From positions 2,665 through 66,664 of IMG/VR virus record IMGVR_UViG_3300031112_000372: a stretch of 64,000 bases of DNA; one strand, given 5' to 3'. The stretch comes from a virus. Lineage: Duplodnaviria; Caudoviricetes. Positions 18,891 to 28,995 of this stretch are shown here, one piece after another. Position 1 is the stretch's first letter. Each line of letters begins with the position of its first letter. The notes beneath the pieces were generated by a model, which saw only the letters and a list, made by a program, of their open reading frames with translations, was not told where the DNA came from and ran no database searches. Both the position numbers and the translations under genes were made by a program.

Positions 18891-19427
18891 TTAATTATCT
18901 AAACTTTTAACAATATCATCCAAATACCAGTCCTTTGCAAAAGTATTTAAGTCTTCCATCTGCTTACCCATTACACCCAACAAACCACCTTCCCATATAC
19001 CATAAGCATGCTCACCATCTAACCTATAAACATTCTCTGGCATGGTTCTTAGGGTATAAACAGGATTTTGAAACTCATACTCTTTTCCAAGTGTCTGGAA
19101 ATACTCTCCTTTCAGATAGAACTTATCATCTCCTCTAAAACCGAGATAAACTTTGTTAAATTCCTTATCTTTTATTTTCTCAGCAAATTGTAGTAGAACC
19201 CTGTTTACATCTAATGGGCTATTTTTCCCTGATATATCCCGCAAATCATATTTAAGCTCTGTCGGATTAATAAACCACTTATAGTGAACCCAGACTTTAA
19301 CCCCTTTATTTCTGGGATCCTCTAACAATACTGTATTCATATGCCGTTGAAGCATGTAATAATTTAGTGAAAAAACAATAGCAACAAAACCAACTAATAC
19401 CACAATGAATTTATATACCTTAGACAT
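18891..19427 (-). CDS. Membrane-anchored cargo protein
   Basis: Single N-terminal TM helix, 178 aa. Confidence 0.7.
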   Translation of the reverse strand: MSKVYKFIVVLVGFVAIVFSLNYYMLQRHMNTVLLEDPRNKGVKVWVHYKWFINPTELKYDLRDISGKNSPLDVNRVLLQFAEKIKDKEFNKVYLGFRGDDKFYLKGEYFQTLGKEYEFQNPVYTLRTMPENVYRLDGEHAYGIWEGGLLGVMGKQMEDLNTFAKDWYLDDIVKSLDN

Positions 19428-19429
19428 AG

Positions 19430-20002
19430 TTAAATCACTTTCTCTGCATTATTAAACTTTGAAGTATCAAACTTGAATTGACGAGTTCCATTCGAATAAA
19501 AAGATAGCTCAACCATTAGTGAATTAACTTTTCGAATATTGTCTAAAAAAGCTTTAGAATTTTCAGTAAAAATTAATATAGTGCCATCACTACCAGATGT
19601 CTCATATTTTTGGAAATTAAGATATTGAATTGGGCTATTTCCAAACTTAACTGCTGTATAACAGTAATCATTACAGTCATACTGGCCTTTATCTATTGTT
19701 AGAAATATTTTTGGGTCATCTGATTTAGAGTCAAGAATATCAAATTGGAGTTTATTCTCCCCGTCATAAGGAAAGTTTAGATCAGCATTATTCTCAGAAC
19801 GCAAAGCAAGCCACTTAGACTCTGTGTTCCGCATTTCATCTTTGCTAACTACAGTTCGCCATTTCCCTGTTTGAGATTCAAGACTTGAGTCATTTGTATT
19901 GCTACTAACGCTTGAGGCTTTTTTAGCATTATCACTGTTACTACAGCCGATCAAACCCAAAAGAACACTTAAAAATAATATTTTTTTCAAGTTTTTCACC
20001 AT
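19430..20002 (-). CDS. Lipoprotein cargo, homologous to 33648..34241
   Basis: Lipobox LIGC; shared PY...LT...G...C...C...KF...NG...FD pattern. Confidence 0.75.
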   Translation of the reverse strand: MVKNLKKILFLSVLLGLIGCSNSDNAKKASSVSSNTNDSSLESQTGKWRTVVSKDEMRNTESKWLALRSENNADLNFPYDGENKLQFDILDSKSDDPKIFLTIDKGQYDCNDYCYTAVKFGNSPIQYLNFQKYETSGSDGTILIFTENSKAFLDNIRKVNSLMVELSFYSNGTRQFKFDTSKFNNAEKVI

Positions 20003-20093
20003 TTGTTATAAAATATACTAACTTTAACAAAGTGGTTACTAATTGTCACATAAAGAAAAACCACCCAAAGGTGGTTTTTAAATTAATGATAGT

Positions 20094-20732
20094 TTAATAG
20101 TGATGGGTAAAAAATTTAGTTAATGTCAAATTTGTAGTATCACTAATCGGATAAAGTTTGCCGTTAATTATCAGAGGGAAAAATTTTGCTTTTTTACGGA
20201 ATTCATCTAAAACAAAATTATCTAATTCTTGTAAGCCGGTACTTTTTTGAATCTTTGCAACTGTGATATTGCCATTATCATCTGCTTCTGAATAAATACT
20301 CATGTATCTGATTTGCCCTTTAAGATCATCTTTATTAACCTTAATTTCAGGAAAAAATTCAAAAATTGGCTTTCTAGAAACATCAAAACTGAATGGCTGC
20401 TTACCATAAAAACCAACATAAAAACCATTTTCTTGATAAGGGTAAAAGCTAGCATTCTTCATGGCTTTTAAGCTTTTTTTATCTAGAGATTCAATACCAC
20501 TACTTTTAACGATTGTCGTATCTACCACTTTACCCTTTTCATTCGCTAAAAAACCTACAACAACTTCTCTGTCATATCCTTGAAGTTCCTGATCGCTAAT
20601 ATTAATTTTAGGGACTTGCTTCCAGTGTAAACTTGTAGGCATTACTTCGACTAAATTATTAGGTTCACTGGCATATGCTTTAAGTGCAAAACAGAACAAT
20701 AAACTTAATAAAACTTTGAAGAGAATTCTCAT
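20094..20732 (-). CDS. Exported protein made of TonB C-terminal-like domains
   Basis: Signal-like N-terminus; two repeats of V..GKV....IVKSSG..SLD / D..GNI....IQKSTG..ELD. No Pro-rich spacer. Confidence 0.7.
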   Translation of the reverse strand: MRILFKVLLSLLFCFALKAYASEPNNLVEVMPTSLHWKQVPKINISDQELQGYDREVVVGFLANEKGKVVDTTIVKSSGIESLDKKSLKAMKNASFYPYQENGFYVGFYGKQPFSFDVSRKPIFEFFPEIKVNKDDLKGQIRYMSIYSEADDNGNITVAKIQKSTGLQELDNFVLDEFRKKAKFFPLIINGKLYPISDTTNLTLTKFFTHHY

Positions 20733-20875
20733 ATTGATCCAGATATTAAAATATTTATTTAAAAGTATAAAAAGTGATTAAATTATAAATGATTTCAACC
20801 GCAATATTATTTAATTTTAAAAGCCCTGTAGAGCTTTTTAAATTAAATATTTAAGGTTCAACTTTTAATTCTCTA

Positions 20876-21571
20876 TTAGCGTGGGATTTCAATTTTTATA
20901 TTCTCTAAATCTTTTAAATTAACAGGACCTTTGGCTTCAAGTTTGCTAACTTCATTCATAAGAATATTAAGTTTTTCATTCGTTAGCTCTTCTTGAGGTA
21001 TTTCTACCATCACAGGGTTACTTAATGTAATAGTTTGTGACTCATCAATACTAAGAGTTTCAACTTCTGAACAGTATAAACAAGCTTTATTTTTTACTTT
21101 ATAAGTAGGGGTATTTATTTTACTAATAACTGGATATTCTAACTCCCATTTAGGTCCAAACCTATAAACTGCAGCATACATTGTATAAGCTTTTGATGGA
21201 TTAACACCTTCCTCAATCATTGCTTCAAAAAATACTCTATGAGTATCTTGCCAAGTTCTTTTTTTATCATCACAAGCTTGATCATGAATTACTGCAGATT
21301 TTATATATCCACCGCCATAAGGATCTCCTACTATTGACCAAAGTGACCTAGGTATTGAAGCTCCATCAGTTTTATAACCTTTATTTGTTGTCCACTTATA
21401 GCCAGCTTTATCCACATAAGAGAAATCTTCCATCACTTCATAATAATGCTTTTCTCTAGGCTCTAGTACCAATTTTCCATCAAAACCTGTTGCCGAAACG
21501 TTCATTGCAAGTAAAGAAAAGGATATTAAAAAGTATTTAATCTGATCTTTTTTCATAATAAATGTTCTCAT
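20876..21571 (-). CDS. DUF1353-like exported protein
   Basis: TDGASIPRSLW...AVIHD motif after a signal-like N-terminus. Confidence 0.7.
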   Translation of the reverse strand: MRTFIMKKDQIKYFLISFSLLAMNVSATGFDGKLVLEPREKHYYEVMEDFSYVDKAGYKWTTNKGYKTDGASIPRSLWSIVGDPYGGGYIKSAVIHDQACDDKKRTWQDTHRVFFEAMIEEGVNPSKAYTMYAAVYRFGPKWELEYPVISKINTPTYKVKNKACLYCSEVETLSIDESQTITLSNPVMVEIPQEELTNEKLNILMNEVSKLEAKGPVNLKDLENIKIEIPR

Positions 21572-21710
21572 TTAATTATTATACTTTTAATAAACTCCTA
21601 ACCAATACATTCGTCAACCTAAATCTGACCGACATTTATACATTTTTCCTATGATTTAGAATAACTTAACTATCACCATAGATTGTTAAAATAACCAAAC
21701 CGTAGAATGG

Positions 21711-21929
21711 TTATTTACTAGATTTAGACTTAATTTTCTTTTGGACTTCTTCAATAAATAAATTGTCTAAAGCAAAAATGCAGTCATTAAAGATATGAGC
21801 ATCAACAGGCAAATCATTATGCTCAGCATATACATTGATAGCCTGCTGTTCTAAGGATAACGGAATACCCTGCTCATATCGTCTAGCTCTGATAATCGTG
21901 CTAAAGGCCGCAAGAATTGAGTCAGCCAC
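21711..21929 (-). CDS. Tail assembly chaperone, frameshift-extended part (gpT-like)
   Basis: Open in the -1 frame from the GGGAAAG site of the upstream gene through to 21711. Confidence 0.8.
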   Translation of the reverse strand: MADSILAAFSTIIRARRYEQGIPLSLEQQAINVYAEHNDLPVDAHIFNDCIFALDNLFIEEVQKKIKSKSSK

Positions 21930-21964
21930 ATAAGAATATTCTGGTGGCTCCGGAATGTGTCCAC

Positions 21965-22474
21965 CTAAGAACTTGATTTGTTCGATTTCGTGCGGCGTTT
22001 TCGACGCATACGTTTTCTGGTATTTGTAGAGCTCGATAACTTTCCCAGTATTATCGCCTTGTCCTTATCAGCTTCCTCCTGAATCTTTTGCGCCTGCTCT
22101 TTAATAAATGACCAGATAACAATACCTATATCACCAAGATTAAGAAGCTTTGACGCATTTTCAGGTGTATACGGTTTTTCAGTTTCAACGGATTTGCCTT
22201 CTACTATCTCAGCAAAAACAATACCTTTCCAATCCTCAATTAAATGGGCACCAGCAGCATCTAATAAGAGCTCATGGTATAGCTTGCTGTTTTCATCTTT
22301 TACCATCACATCATAGCCTTTTGACGTGATTTGATTGCCTGCCTTTTCTAATGCTACCTGAAAGGGTTTATAACCAATACCGCGAATTTTAAACTCTGCT
22401 TGTCCACCTGCAGATTCAAACGTACACCATTTCGATACTTCCGAACTTCGAACAATTCCGACTTTTAAAGCCAT
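21965..22474 (-). CDS. Tail assembly chaperone (gpG-like)
   Basis: Between tail tube and tape measure genes; carries a slippery heptamer near its 3' end. Confidence 0.85.
   Translation of the reverse strand: MALKVGIVRSSEVSKWCTFESAGGQAEFKIRGIGYKPFQVALEKAGNQITSKGYDVMVKDENSKLYHELLLDAAGAHLIEDWKGIVFAEIVEGKSVETEKPYTPENASKLLNLGDIGIVIWSFIKEQAQKIQEEADKDKAIILGKLSSSTNTRKRMRRKRRTKSNKSSS
22040..22046 (-). other. Programmed -1 ribosomal frameshift site G GGA AAG
   Basis: Same heptamer as the lambda G/GT site, in the Gly-Lys frame; the -1 frame has no stop until 21711. Confidence 0.85.
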
Positions 22475-22542
22475 ACCTACCTCTAAAATTTAAGAAATAA
22501 AAAGCCCATAGGACTCCATGGGCTTTATTGATTTAAATTGAA

Positions 22543-23460
22543 TTACACAAGAGCACGGACAATCGTTGGGGTTGTACGTACTTGGGCAAAGTTGATATCT
22601 ATAGTGATGATGTCATCGCCTCCACCATCTGGATGGTTCGCTTCCTTAACCTCAAGTTGCGGGAAGTTAAATGAGTACTTACTTCCCTTGCTATCGGTAA
22701 TATCAAAGGACAACGTGAATACATCACGAGTCTTAATTGCATCAATCCAAGCTGCTGATGTTGCTGAGAACATGAAATTGGCATTTACACCAATATCCAT
22801 CATTTTTTCTAAGTAGAACTCAGGCGTGTACTTACCTGAACCGATACAACGGATCGCTTCAAGATTATTACTAAAGTTAATAGTGAGCGTCTGCAGACAA
22901 GCTTTACCCTGAATTGATTGGCCATTAATCAGTAACTTTTCAACGTTCGGCATACTCACTAGAGGGCGGCTTGATGCAGCTACTGGATTGGTAACTGGGT
23001 TTACTTGCTGACGAGTAAAGGAATTACCGACTAAACCAAAGTTACCAGTAATTTTACCTGTGGTCTGAATGGTGATTTCACCTGTATTGACCTGAACACC
23101 ACGGTAAATAAAGACCTGACCAATATCTTCAAATACTTTAACCAGGGTAAATGATTTACGTATATTTCCACCAAAGCTAAGTGCATTGGCTGCCCAGTTA
23201 TTGAATGCAAGCGCACTTAAGAATAAATCGAATGTTCCAACAGACAATTCAAACTCTAACTGCCCTGCCACTTCCGCTTCAGTAACTACGCCACCCTGAC
23301 GGAAGCGTGAATCCACAACCTCACTACTTTCTTCAGTTGAAATGTTTTCTGATAAGCCGTCTGAAACACGGCGAACCGTATACCAGATTGGGTTTGCTGG
23401 AGTAGTTCCTAGTACAGCTTCTTCACAAGCATATAATCGAATTTTTGCGCCTGAACTCAT
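22543..23460 (-). CDS. Major tail (tube) protein
   Basis: 305 aa, directly upstream of the chaperone gene. Confidence 0.85.
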   Translation of the reverse strand: MSSGAKIRLYACEEAVLGTTPANPIWYTVRRVSDGLSENISTEESSEVVDSRFRQGGVVTEAEVAGQLEFELSVGTFDLFLSALAFNNWAANALSFGGNIRKSFTLVKVFEDIGQVFIYRGVQVNTGEITIQTTGKITGNFGLVGNSFTRQQVNPVTNPVAASSRPLVSMPNVEKLLINGQSIQGKACLQTLTINFSNNLEAIRCIGSGKYTPEFYLEKMMDIGVNANFMFSATSAAWIDAIKTRDVFTLSFDITDSKGSKYSFNFPQLEVKEANHPDGGGDDIITIDINFAQVRTTPTIVRALV

Positions 23461-23512
23461 TTATTGTTCTCCAAAATTTAGGCATTAAAAAACCCGCTGT
23501 TTTAGCGGGTTT

Positions 23513-24478
23513 TTAAAGTGTTTCATCTGTATCTGAGATTTCAGGTGGTTCAACACCTGTCAATGCTGCAGCTACTGCTTCAGATAAATTGGTAGGCTGA
23601 AATTCAACAGGTGTTTCACTCATCGATTCTTCAGGCACTTCATGCAATCGGATATCAATCCAACGACCTTCAGGTATATCCATTGGATTATCATGATCAG
23701 CAACGACTGCAGCCAGTTCAATATCAAATTTACGTTTATAGGTCTTTATTGAAATATCCCCATTTTCCAGAGCTGAATACTCAACAGCAACCACCGTATT
23801 TCCATTGGCATCTTTAGGTACTTCGATATACCAACCCTCACTTGCAAAACCTAAAGATCCTTTGAGCAAGTAATTACCTACATCAACTTTTTCAAAATCA
23901 ATTGGCTGTTTACTTGCTTCATCATTTAATTCAATCGATTCTGCAAACAGCTTAACGATTGGAGAAGCTGATTTAACAAAACCATTTGCATCAACAGTTG
24001 TATTGCCTTCTGTCCATAATTTATGCCATACAGAAAAACTGCCTCCTGCTGATGACTTTTGTCTTACACGAATATCACTAGTATATGCAGCTGTCCAAAA
24101 CTGCTTCATAAGATTCGTTGCACCATTCGACCATAATCTACTGTCTAACCAACCAGCACCCGGTGAATTTACGGCAGCACCAGGAATATTAAAAAATCCT
24201 GCTCCAACATTGTTTAAGTCTACAGATGTATCGGCGATAGTTTGTGGCGAACCAGCACCAAAATCGCCAACCTTCATGATTCGTCCAGCTGTCAAATCTG
24301 CATTAGAGGTTGTAATAGTCCCTGTTGCAGCATTTCCTAAACCCTGAACTTGGGTCCAATCCGGTGTTAGGTTTGGAATACCTGAAGCAAAAGGCAGCAT
24401 GAATTGCCGCTTACCTTGAGCTGAGTTATACGGAAACGGCCGATGGTCCCACGAATATTTAAAAACTAGATTTGCCAT
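23513..24478 (-). CDS. Tail fibre-like protein
   Basis: GRIMKVGDFG fibre repeat; C-terminal SPIVKLF...DIPEGRWIDIRLHE domain typical of phage fibres. Confidence 0.7.
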   Translation of the reverse strand: MANLVFKYSWDHRPFPYNSAQGKRQFMLPFASGIPNLTPDWTQVQGLGNAATGTITTSNADLTAGRIMKVGDFGAGSPQTIADTSVDLNNVGAGFFNIPGAAVNSPGAGWLDSRLWSNGATNLMKQFWTAAYTSDIRVRQKSSAGGSFSVWHKLWTEGNTTVDANGFVKSASPIVKLFAESIELNDEASKQPIDFEKVDVGNYLLKGSLGFASEGWYIEVPKDANGNTVVAVEYSALENGDISIKTYKRKFDIELAAVVADHDNPMDIPEGRWIDIRLHEVPEESMSETPVEFQPTNLSEAVAAALTGVEPPEISDTDETL

Positions 24479-24828
24479 TACGCTGTTACTCCATCAATCA
24501 CCTGAAATATCAAAGTTTCCGTATGTTGAATAACACCACCCACGACAGCTTTAATATCCATCTGACACAAACCCAATGGCCACGTAGTAGTACTTGTTCC
24601 TGACTTCACGTTAAGCCAACCCTTTTGTGTACTCTGACTCAAAGGAGCACACGTTAATGTTGCTACAGCTGCTCCTTCTAAAGTTTTGACCTGGGAAGTA
24701 AAGGTGTAACCCGTTAGATCAATTGCACGGCGTACATCATTGGCTGGATATTGCAGCGCATCATCCATATCAACGAGCTGTAAATTTAAGTTGAATGTGT
24801 CACCACGCTTAAAGACATGATTGCTCAT
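24478..24828 (-). CDS. Virion-associated beta-sandwich protein (putative fibre adaptor)
   Basis: KRGDTF...IDLTGYTFTSQVK pattern; coupled to the fibre gene. Confidence 0.55.
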   Translation of the reverse strand: MSNHVFKRGDTFNLNLQLVDMDDALQYPANDVRRAIDLTGYTFTSQVKTLEGAAVATLTCAPLSQSTQKGWLNVKSGTSTTTWPLGLCQMDIKAVVGGVIQHTETLIFQVIDGVTA

Positions 24829-24927
24829 AAGTGATTCCTATAGACATAAAAAAACCACCGATGAGGTGGCTATGACAAAGCAATAAAAAAGGACGCTAAC
24901 CGCGTCCTCTTACCTAACAACTTTTCT

Positions 24928-25146
24928 TTATTCGATCTCTAAATGATGCTTTTCGGTCACCATTTTGATTTTGATCCCTTTGTAATAACGGACCATCGGA
25001 TCTTCTTTACCCTTTTCAATTTTATCTAGAAACTTATCGTTTTCCATTAAGATGGCAAAAGTTTTATATCCAATCACCAATTTCTTTGGAACTTTGCCAC
25101 TGCTTTTAAAATCATCAATTTGTTTATTCAGCTCTTTTAAAGTCAT
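24928..25146 (-). CDS. Hypothetical protein (72 aa)
   Basis: ORF between hairpins, AT-rich. Confidence 0.65.
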   Translation of the reverse strand: MTLKELNKQIDDFKSSGKVPKKLVIGYKTFAILMENDKFLDKIEKGKEDPMVRYYKGIKIKMVTEKHHLEIE

Positions 25147-25273
25147 TCCTATTTCCAGTATTCCAACTTTTAATAGAAATTTAACAATTAATTATGACAA
25201 ATTAATTTTTCTAAAAAATAAGTAAATATAAAAAATGTCTGGTGGCGATCATTTTCTTAATGAATTATGGCTT

Positions 25274-25483
25274 CTAATCGAGATCAACACTTACTCCAGT
25301 AACAATATTGTGTTTACTTCCACCAATACTATTTATATTGGCCAATCGAATATTCACATCAGAAACACATAGCTTATTTTCACTTTGCCATTTGCTCAGC
25401 TCTACAGACATAACATCCTCAAGATGTCGTTCCAGTTCTTGCCGTTTAATTTCGATTTCTTCTAAAGTCAGCATACATGACAT
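25274..25483 (-). CDS. Hypothetical phage protein (69 aa)
   Basis: ORF tightly packed after the tail terminator gene. Confidence 0.7.
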   Translation of the reverse strand: MSCMLTLEEIEIKRQELERHLEDVMSVELSKWQSENKLCVSDVNIRLANINSIGGSKHNIVTGVSVDLD

Positions 25484-25484
25484 A

Positions 25485-25883
25485 TCAATTCACCTTGTAT
25501 CCAATGCTCACATTATACTGAATGAAGTCAGCATCTTGCCCGACAAAAATTGATTGTCCCTGTAAACATTCTAGATGATCGGTTGAGTAATATTCGAAAT
25601 GCTGCAGTAAAGAATCACTGAGCTCAGTTAAGCCTTTCTCTCCGGCATGGTGCCGAGCAAAGCATTGCACCATGATATTACCGGTACGACGTGTACAAGG
25701 ATTATCAGCAATACCAGACATATAGCTGGGTCCACCTGCAATGGTTAAGCGACACCACAAACCTTCCTTTGGGACCTTGAATCCTGGTGCATTTGGATAC
25801 TGAATTCTGTCCTGGGCAATACCTTTAAAATTTTGCATACGGCTGATAATAGCTTGCCTTGTCTGCTCTAAAGTCATTGCCAT
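25485..25883 (-). CDS. Tail terminator-like neck protein
   Basis: Synteny; likely start MAMTLEQ at 25883. Confidence 0.7.
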   Translation of the reverse strand: MAMTLEQTRQAIISRMQNFKGIAQDRIQYPNAPGFKVPKEGLWCRLTIAGGPSYMSGIADNPCTRRTGNIMVQCFARHHAGEKGLTELSDSLLQHFEYYSTDHLECLQGQSIFVGQDADFIQYNVSIGYKVN

Positions 25884-25884
25884 C

Positions 25885-26253
25885 TTAACCACCATACTTT
25901 TGAGAAATATAAGTAAAAGTAGTGCTGTAAATGCCTTGCGGTGCTTGATCAGACCAGCCATTTTCTAAGCGTTCAGCATATGGCTGGTTGTTTTGTATGT
26001 AGACCAAATTGCCGAGCTTAAACTTCACAGCTTGAATAGCAGCATCTTGCACTGCATTAGTTTCAGGTCCACGTACACCATAGTCACCAGATCCAATAGA
26101 AACAATGTGAGAAGCACGATAAGCACCAGTATCAACGGGACTTGAAACAACTAATGATTGCACTGTATCCATCGTAATTTTCTTTACCTTATCTTCTGCT
26201 GCTTTAGAGACATCAAGACTAAAACTAGTCGGTTTTTTCCCCTTCCACCCCAT
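25885..26253 (-). CDS. HK97 gp10-like head-tail protein
   Basis: SPVDTGAYRASH...NNQPYAERLENGWS motif; likely start MGWKG at 26253. Confidence 0.8.
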   Translation of the reverse strand: MGWKGKKPTSFSLDVSKAAEDKVKKITMDTVQSLVVSSPVDTGAYRASHIVSIGSGDYGVRGPETNAVQDAAIQAVKFKLGNLVYIQNNQPYAERLENGWSDQAPQGIYSTTFTYISQKYGG

Positions 26254-26312
26254 AAATTTCTCCATTAAAAAACCACTCAGATAAGAGTGGTTTTTTCTTT
26301 TTCAAAAAGTTC

Positions 26313-27188
26313 TTAATTAGCGCTTCCACAAATATCAGTAGTACCTGTTGGATATGTAAACTGCATATTTGCTTTATTAGTAATTAACTGGACTGAAACA
26401 GTTTTACCTAGAAATTTAGAATTAGGATTTGGTGATTGTATACCTGCCCCTTTAAAACCAATACTTTTTAAAGAGTTTTCCGTAAGTAAGTTAAGGTATC
26501 CATAATTTGTACCATTGATGATATACCCCATTTGTTTACTAACCTGATTAAAATAAAGACCTACTCTAACTTTGCCATCTGTTGGCACCGTAACAGGGAT
26601 TACCTTGCGATCAAGCTCCTTTGCAACTACTGAACCAGAACTATCTCTTTTAGTACTTGCTCCAGTGAGTGTCACATAACTTCCATCAGCATAATTTGCA
26701 TCTTTATTAGATAACCCATAACCAAGATCTAAACTAATTTCATTTTTTAAATTAGAAGCTCCTAATATATTGAAGGCTAGCTGTTGAGTTTCATGGCTAT
26801 CTCCTAATGCGATGTTTTTAATATTTAAAACATCAAATATAAACTCTGCTGCTATAATATTTGTTCCTATTACTGATTTATCAACTAAAGTAGTCTGAAT
26901 AGAAGGTAAACTTATCATTTTACCGGAAGTTACAATTTGGTCAGCTGGTGTACTTCCTATATAACCAATTGTTGCCGTACCTTTTTGCTCAGCAATACTT
27001 ATTGGAGACATTAATTTAATCGGTCTTCCTCCTGCTGCATTTACCGCATCGACTTGAGACTGAGTTGCATCAAAACTATAAGTACAGGCAGCATAAGTAT
27101 TTACTGAAAATCCACTGCTGATTAATAAACCCAAAATAATTTTATTCATGTAATCTTCCTTTTTTATTTGAGCAAACAGTATAGCCAA
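26313..27188 (-). CDS. Secreted DUF4882-like protein (paralogue 2)
   Basis: CTYSFDAT and YPTGTTDICG motifs shared with 4597..5370. Start probably MNKII. Confidence 0.7.
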   Translation of the reverse strand: MAILFAQIKKEDYMNKIILGLLISSGFSVNTYAACTYSFDATQSQVDAVNAAGGRPIKLMSPISIAEQKGTATIGYIGSTPADQIVTSGKMISLPSIQTTLVDKSVIGTNIIAAEFIFDVLNIKNIALGDSHETQQLAFNILGASNLKNEISLDLGYGLSNKDANYADGSYVTLTGASTKRDSSGSVVAKELDRKVIPVTVPTDGKVRVGLYFNQVSKQMGYIINGTNYGYLNLLTENSLKSIGFKGAGIQSPNPNSKFLGKTVSVQLITNKANMQFTYPTGTTDICGSAN

Positions 27189-27457
27189 GCATATAAAAAG
27201 ATTGATTAAAAACTGACAAGCGGTAATTTTTATTTCTTTAAAAAATTTTTCTTATTTAACTTCTAACCAGCGTGTACTGTGGATGCTGAAACGGTGAGTT
27301 GTGCCATAAGAGAATGTAATTTGTACTTATCATCTAAACCCCTAACTTGCACCCATTAAAAAACCCACCGAAGTGGGTTTAAGCTTATATCCATAAATTA
27401 ATACTACAATTTAGTTTCCTAATACATTTTGGTTCCGTATCCGCCTTGCTCGAAACT

Positions 27458-27913
27458 TTAATATTTAATTGATATCCATATACCGGAAACAAAACTAGAT
27501 ATTAGATAAATAAATGCAGCAATAATTACGGAAATAAAGACTATGATAATCCCGTCAGAAATATAATCTCTATTGGCATCATTCTCAGGATTTTCCTTGG
27601 GATTAAGTATCATTGGGGTATTTAAAGATTTTTTCGCCTCATAGAATCCCCAGCCTATACCCAGCAACACAATTAGTATCGCAAAACCAACTCCAAGATC
27701 ATAAATAACCTCTTCAGCAGCATATTTATCATTTGAAGCTGAAACACATTTATCAAAGTATTTTTTTTCAGTTTCAGAAAGCGTAGAGATGGCTTTTTGA
27801 TCTTTAAAATGAATATTACATGTCTCAATAAATTCTTCTTTATCGTCAGTTCCATCGCCCTCGTAATTGCTTGTACGAGAAATATAAAGTGTGCTATGGG
27901 TAGTTGTAGCCAT
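27458..27913 (-). CDS. Membrane protein with two C-terminal TM helices, cargo
   Basis: 151-aa ORF with two long hydrophobic segments. Confidence 0.7.
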   Translation of the reverse strand: MATTTHSTLYISRTSNYEGDGTDDKEEFIETCNIHFKDQKAISTLSETEKKYFDKCVSASNDKYAAEEVIYDLGVGFAILIVLLGIGWGFYEAKKSLNTPMILNPKENPENDANRDYISDGIIIVFISVIIAAFIYLISSFVSGIWISIKY

Positions 27914-27988
27914 ATAATTTCATTAAATTTATAAAGGGATATTTAATTAATAGAAAATCAGTCAATTCAGCTATCTTTTTTCAATAGC

Positions 27989-28585
27989 CTAACTATCTTC
28001 AAACTGAGTAATATTGCATATAAAGGGCCCACCTTCATCAAACTCCTCACCATTTAACAATATATTAAAACTTCCACTGAAAGTACTGAGTGCTCGTACA
28101 GATCCTTTCTTTTCTTTTAATTCCAAATCATGACTTAATTTATCTATTACAATGCTGAAGCTTGGAGAGATAAGTGAAGTAATTTCTTTACAATATTTAA
28201 TAGCTTCATCTTTAGATGCTTGATAATTTCCTGAATGTTTTGAATATACATAAAGATCTCTCCATATTTTTTCATCAAAACTCTGTGATAGATAAAAATT
28301 TAACCATTTTTTGTCATTTTTATGCTCATAATAGTAATCTGAACTTACAGGATTAAATCTTATAGACATTGGACGACCATAAGTTGACGTCTTCATCTCT
28401 GGGTATTTTGTTTTTATTTCTTTTGCATAATTTAAAAATAAGCGAGATTTGTAATCCTTGATTTCAGAAATTCCTTTATACGCATCTGAGATATTAGGGG
28501 GAGTTAATTCTTGCTTCACTGGATTATTAACAGATGAACAACCTGATAATAAAATTATACTCCATATTAAAAATTTCCTATTCAT
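27989..28585 (-). CDS. Lipoprotein cargo
   Basis: Lipobox LSGC at aa 12-15. Confidence 0.75.
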   Translation of the reverse strand: MNRKFLIWSIILLSGCSSVNNPVKQELTPPNISDAYKGISEIKDYKSRLFLNYAKEIKTKYPEMKTSTYGRPMSIRFNPVSSDYYYEHKNDKKWLNFYLSQSFDEKIWRDLYVYSKHSGNYQASKDEAIKYCKEITSLISPSFSIVIDKLSHDLELKEKKGSVRALSTFSGSFNILLNGEEFDEGGPFICNITQFEDS

Positions 28586-28626
28586 AAGAACTCCTATATT
28601 TCGAGCCTAATTATATAGAATCTTTC

Positions 28627-28995
28627 CTATATTTTCCTCAACTGGCATTTCCAAATAGTTTCTGCTCGATCCTGTTGAATATGAATAACTCTAAATGAGC
28701 CTAAGGCTGTTACCCATTCATCATCAATCTTTGGGGCCATGGTCACTTCATTTTGAAGCACAGTTGCTTTCTTATCTGTGGCCAGTACTCCAAGCGTTTG
28801 TATTTCATATTGACTGTATGAGCCGAATAGTACGCCACGACCAGAATAGTTTTCTTTAACTTCAACATAAGTTTCTGTCTTAGGGTCCCACTTTGATTTA
28901 GTGACTCGCTCACACGTAAAAGTATGAACGGCATCCGCCAAATCGTCATTAAATGCTTCAGCAATTTCTGCCTGAATTTCTTCACGTAGGCCCAT
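28627..28995 (-). CDS. Head closure / head-tail joining protein
   Basis: Neck module synteny; likely start MGLREE at 28995. Confidence 0.7.
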   Translation of the reverse strand: MGLREEIQAEIAEAFNDDLADAVHTFTCERVTKSKWDPKTETYVEVKENYSGRGVLFGSYSQYEIQTLGVLATDKKATVLQNEVTMAPKIDDEWVTALGSFRVIHIQQDRAETIWKCQLRKI

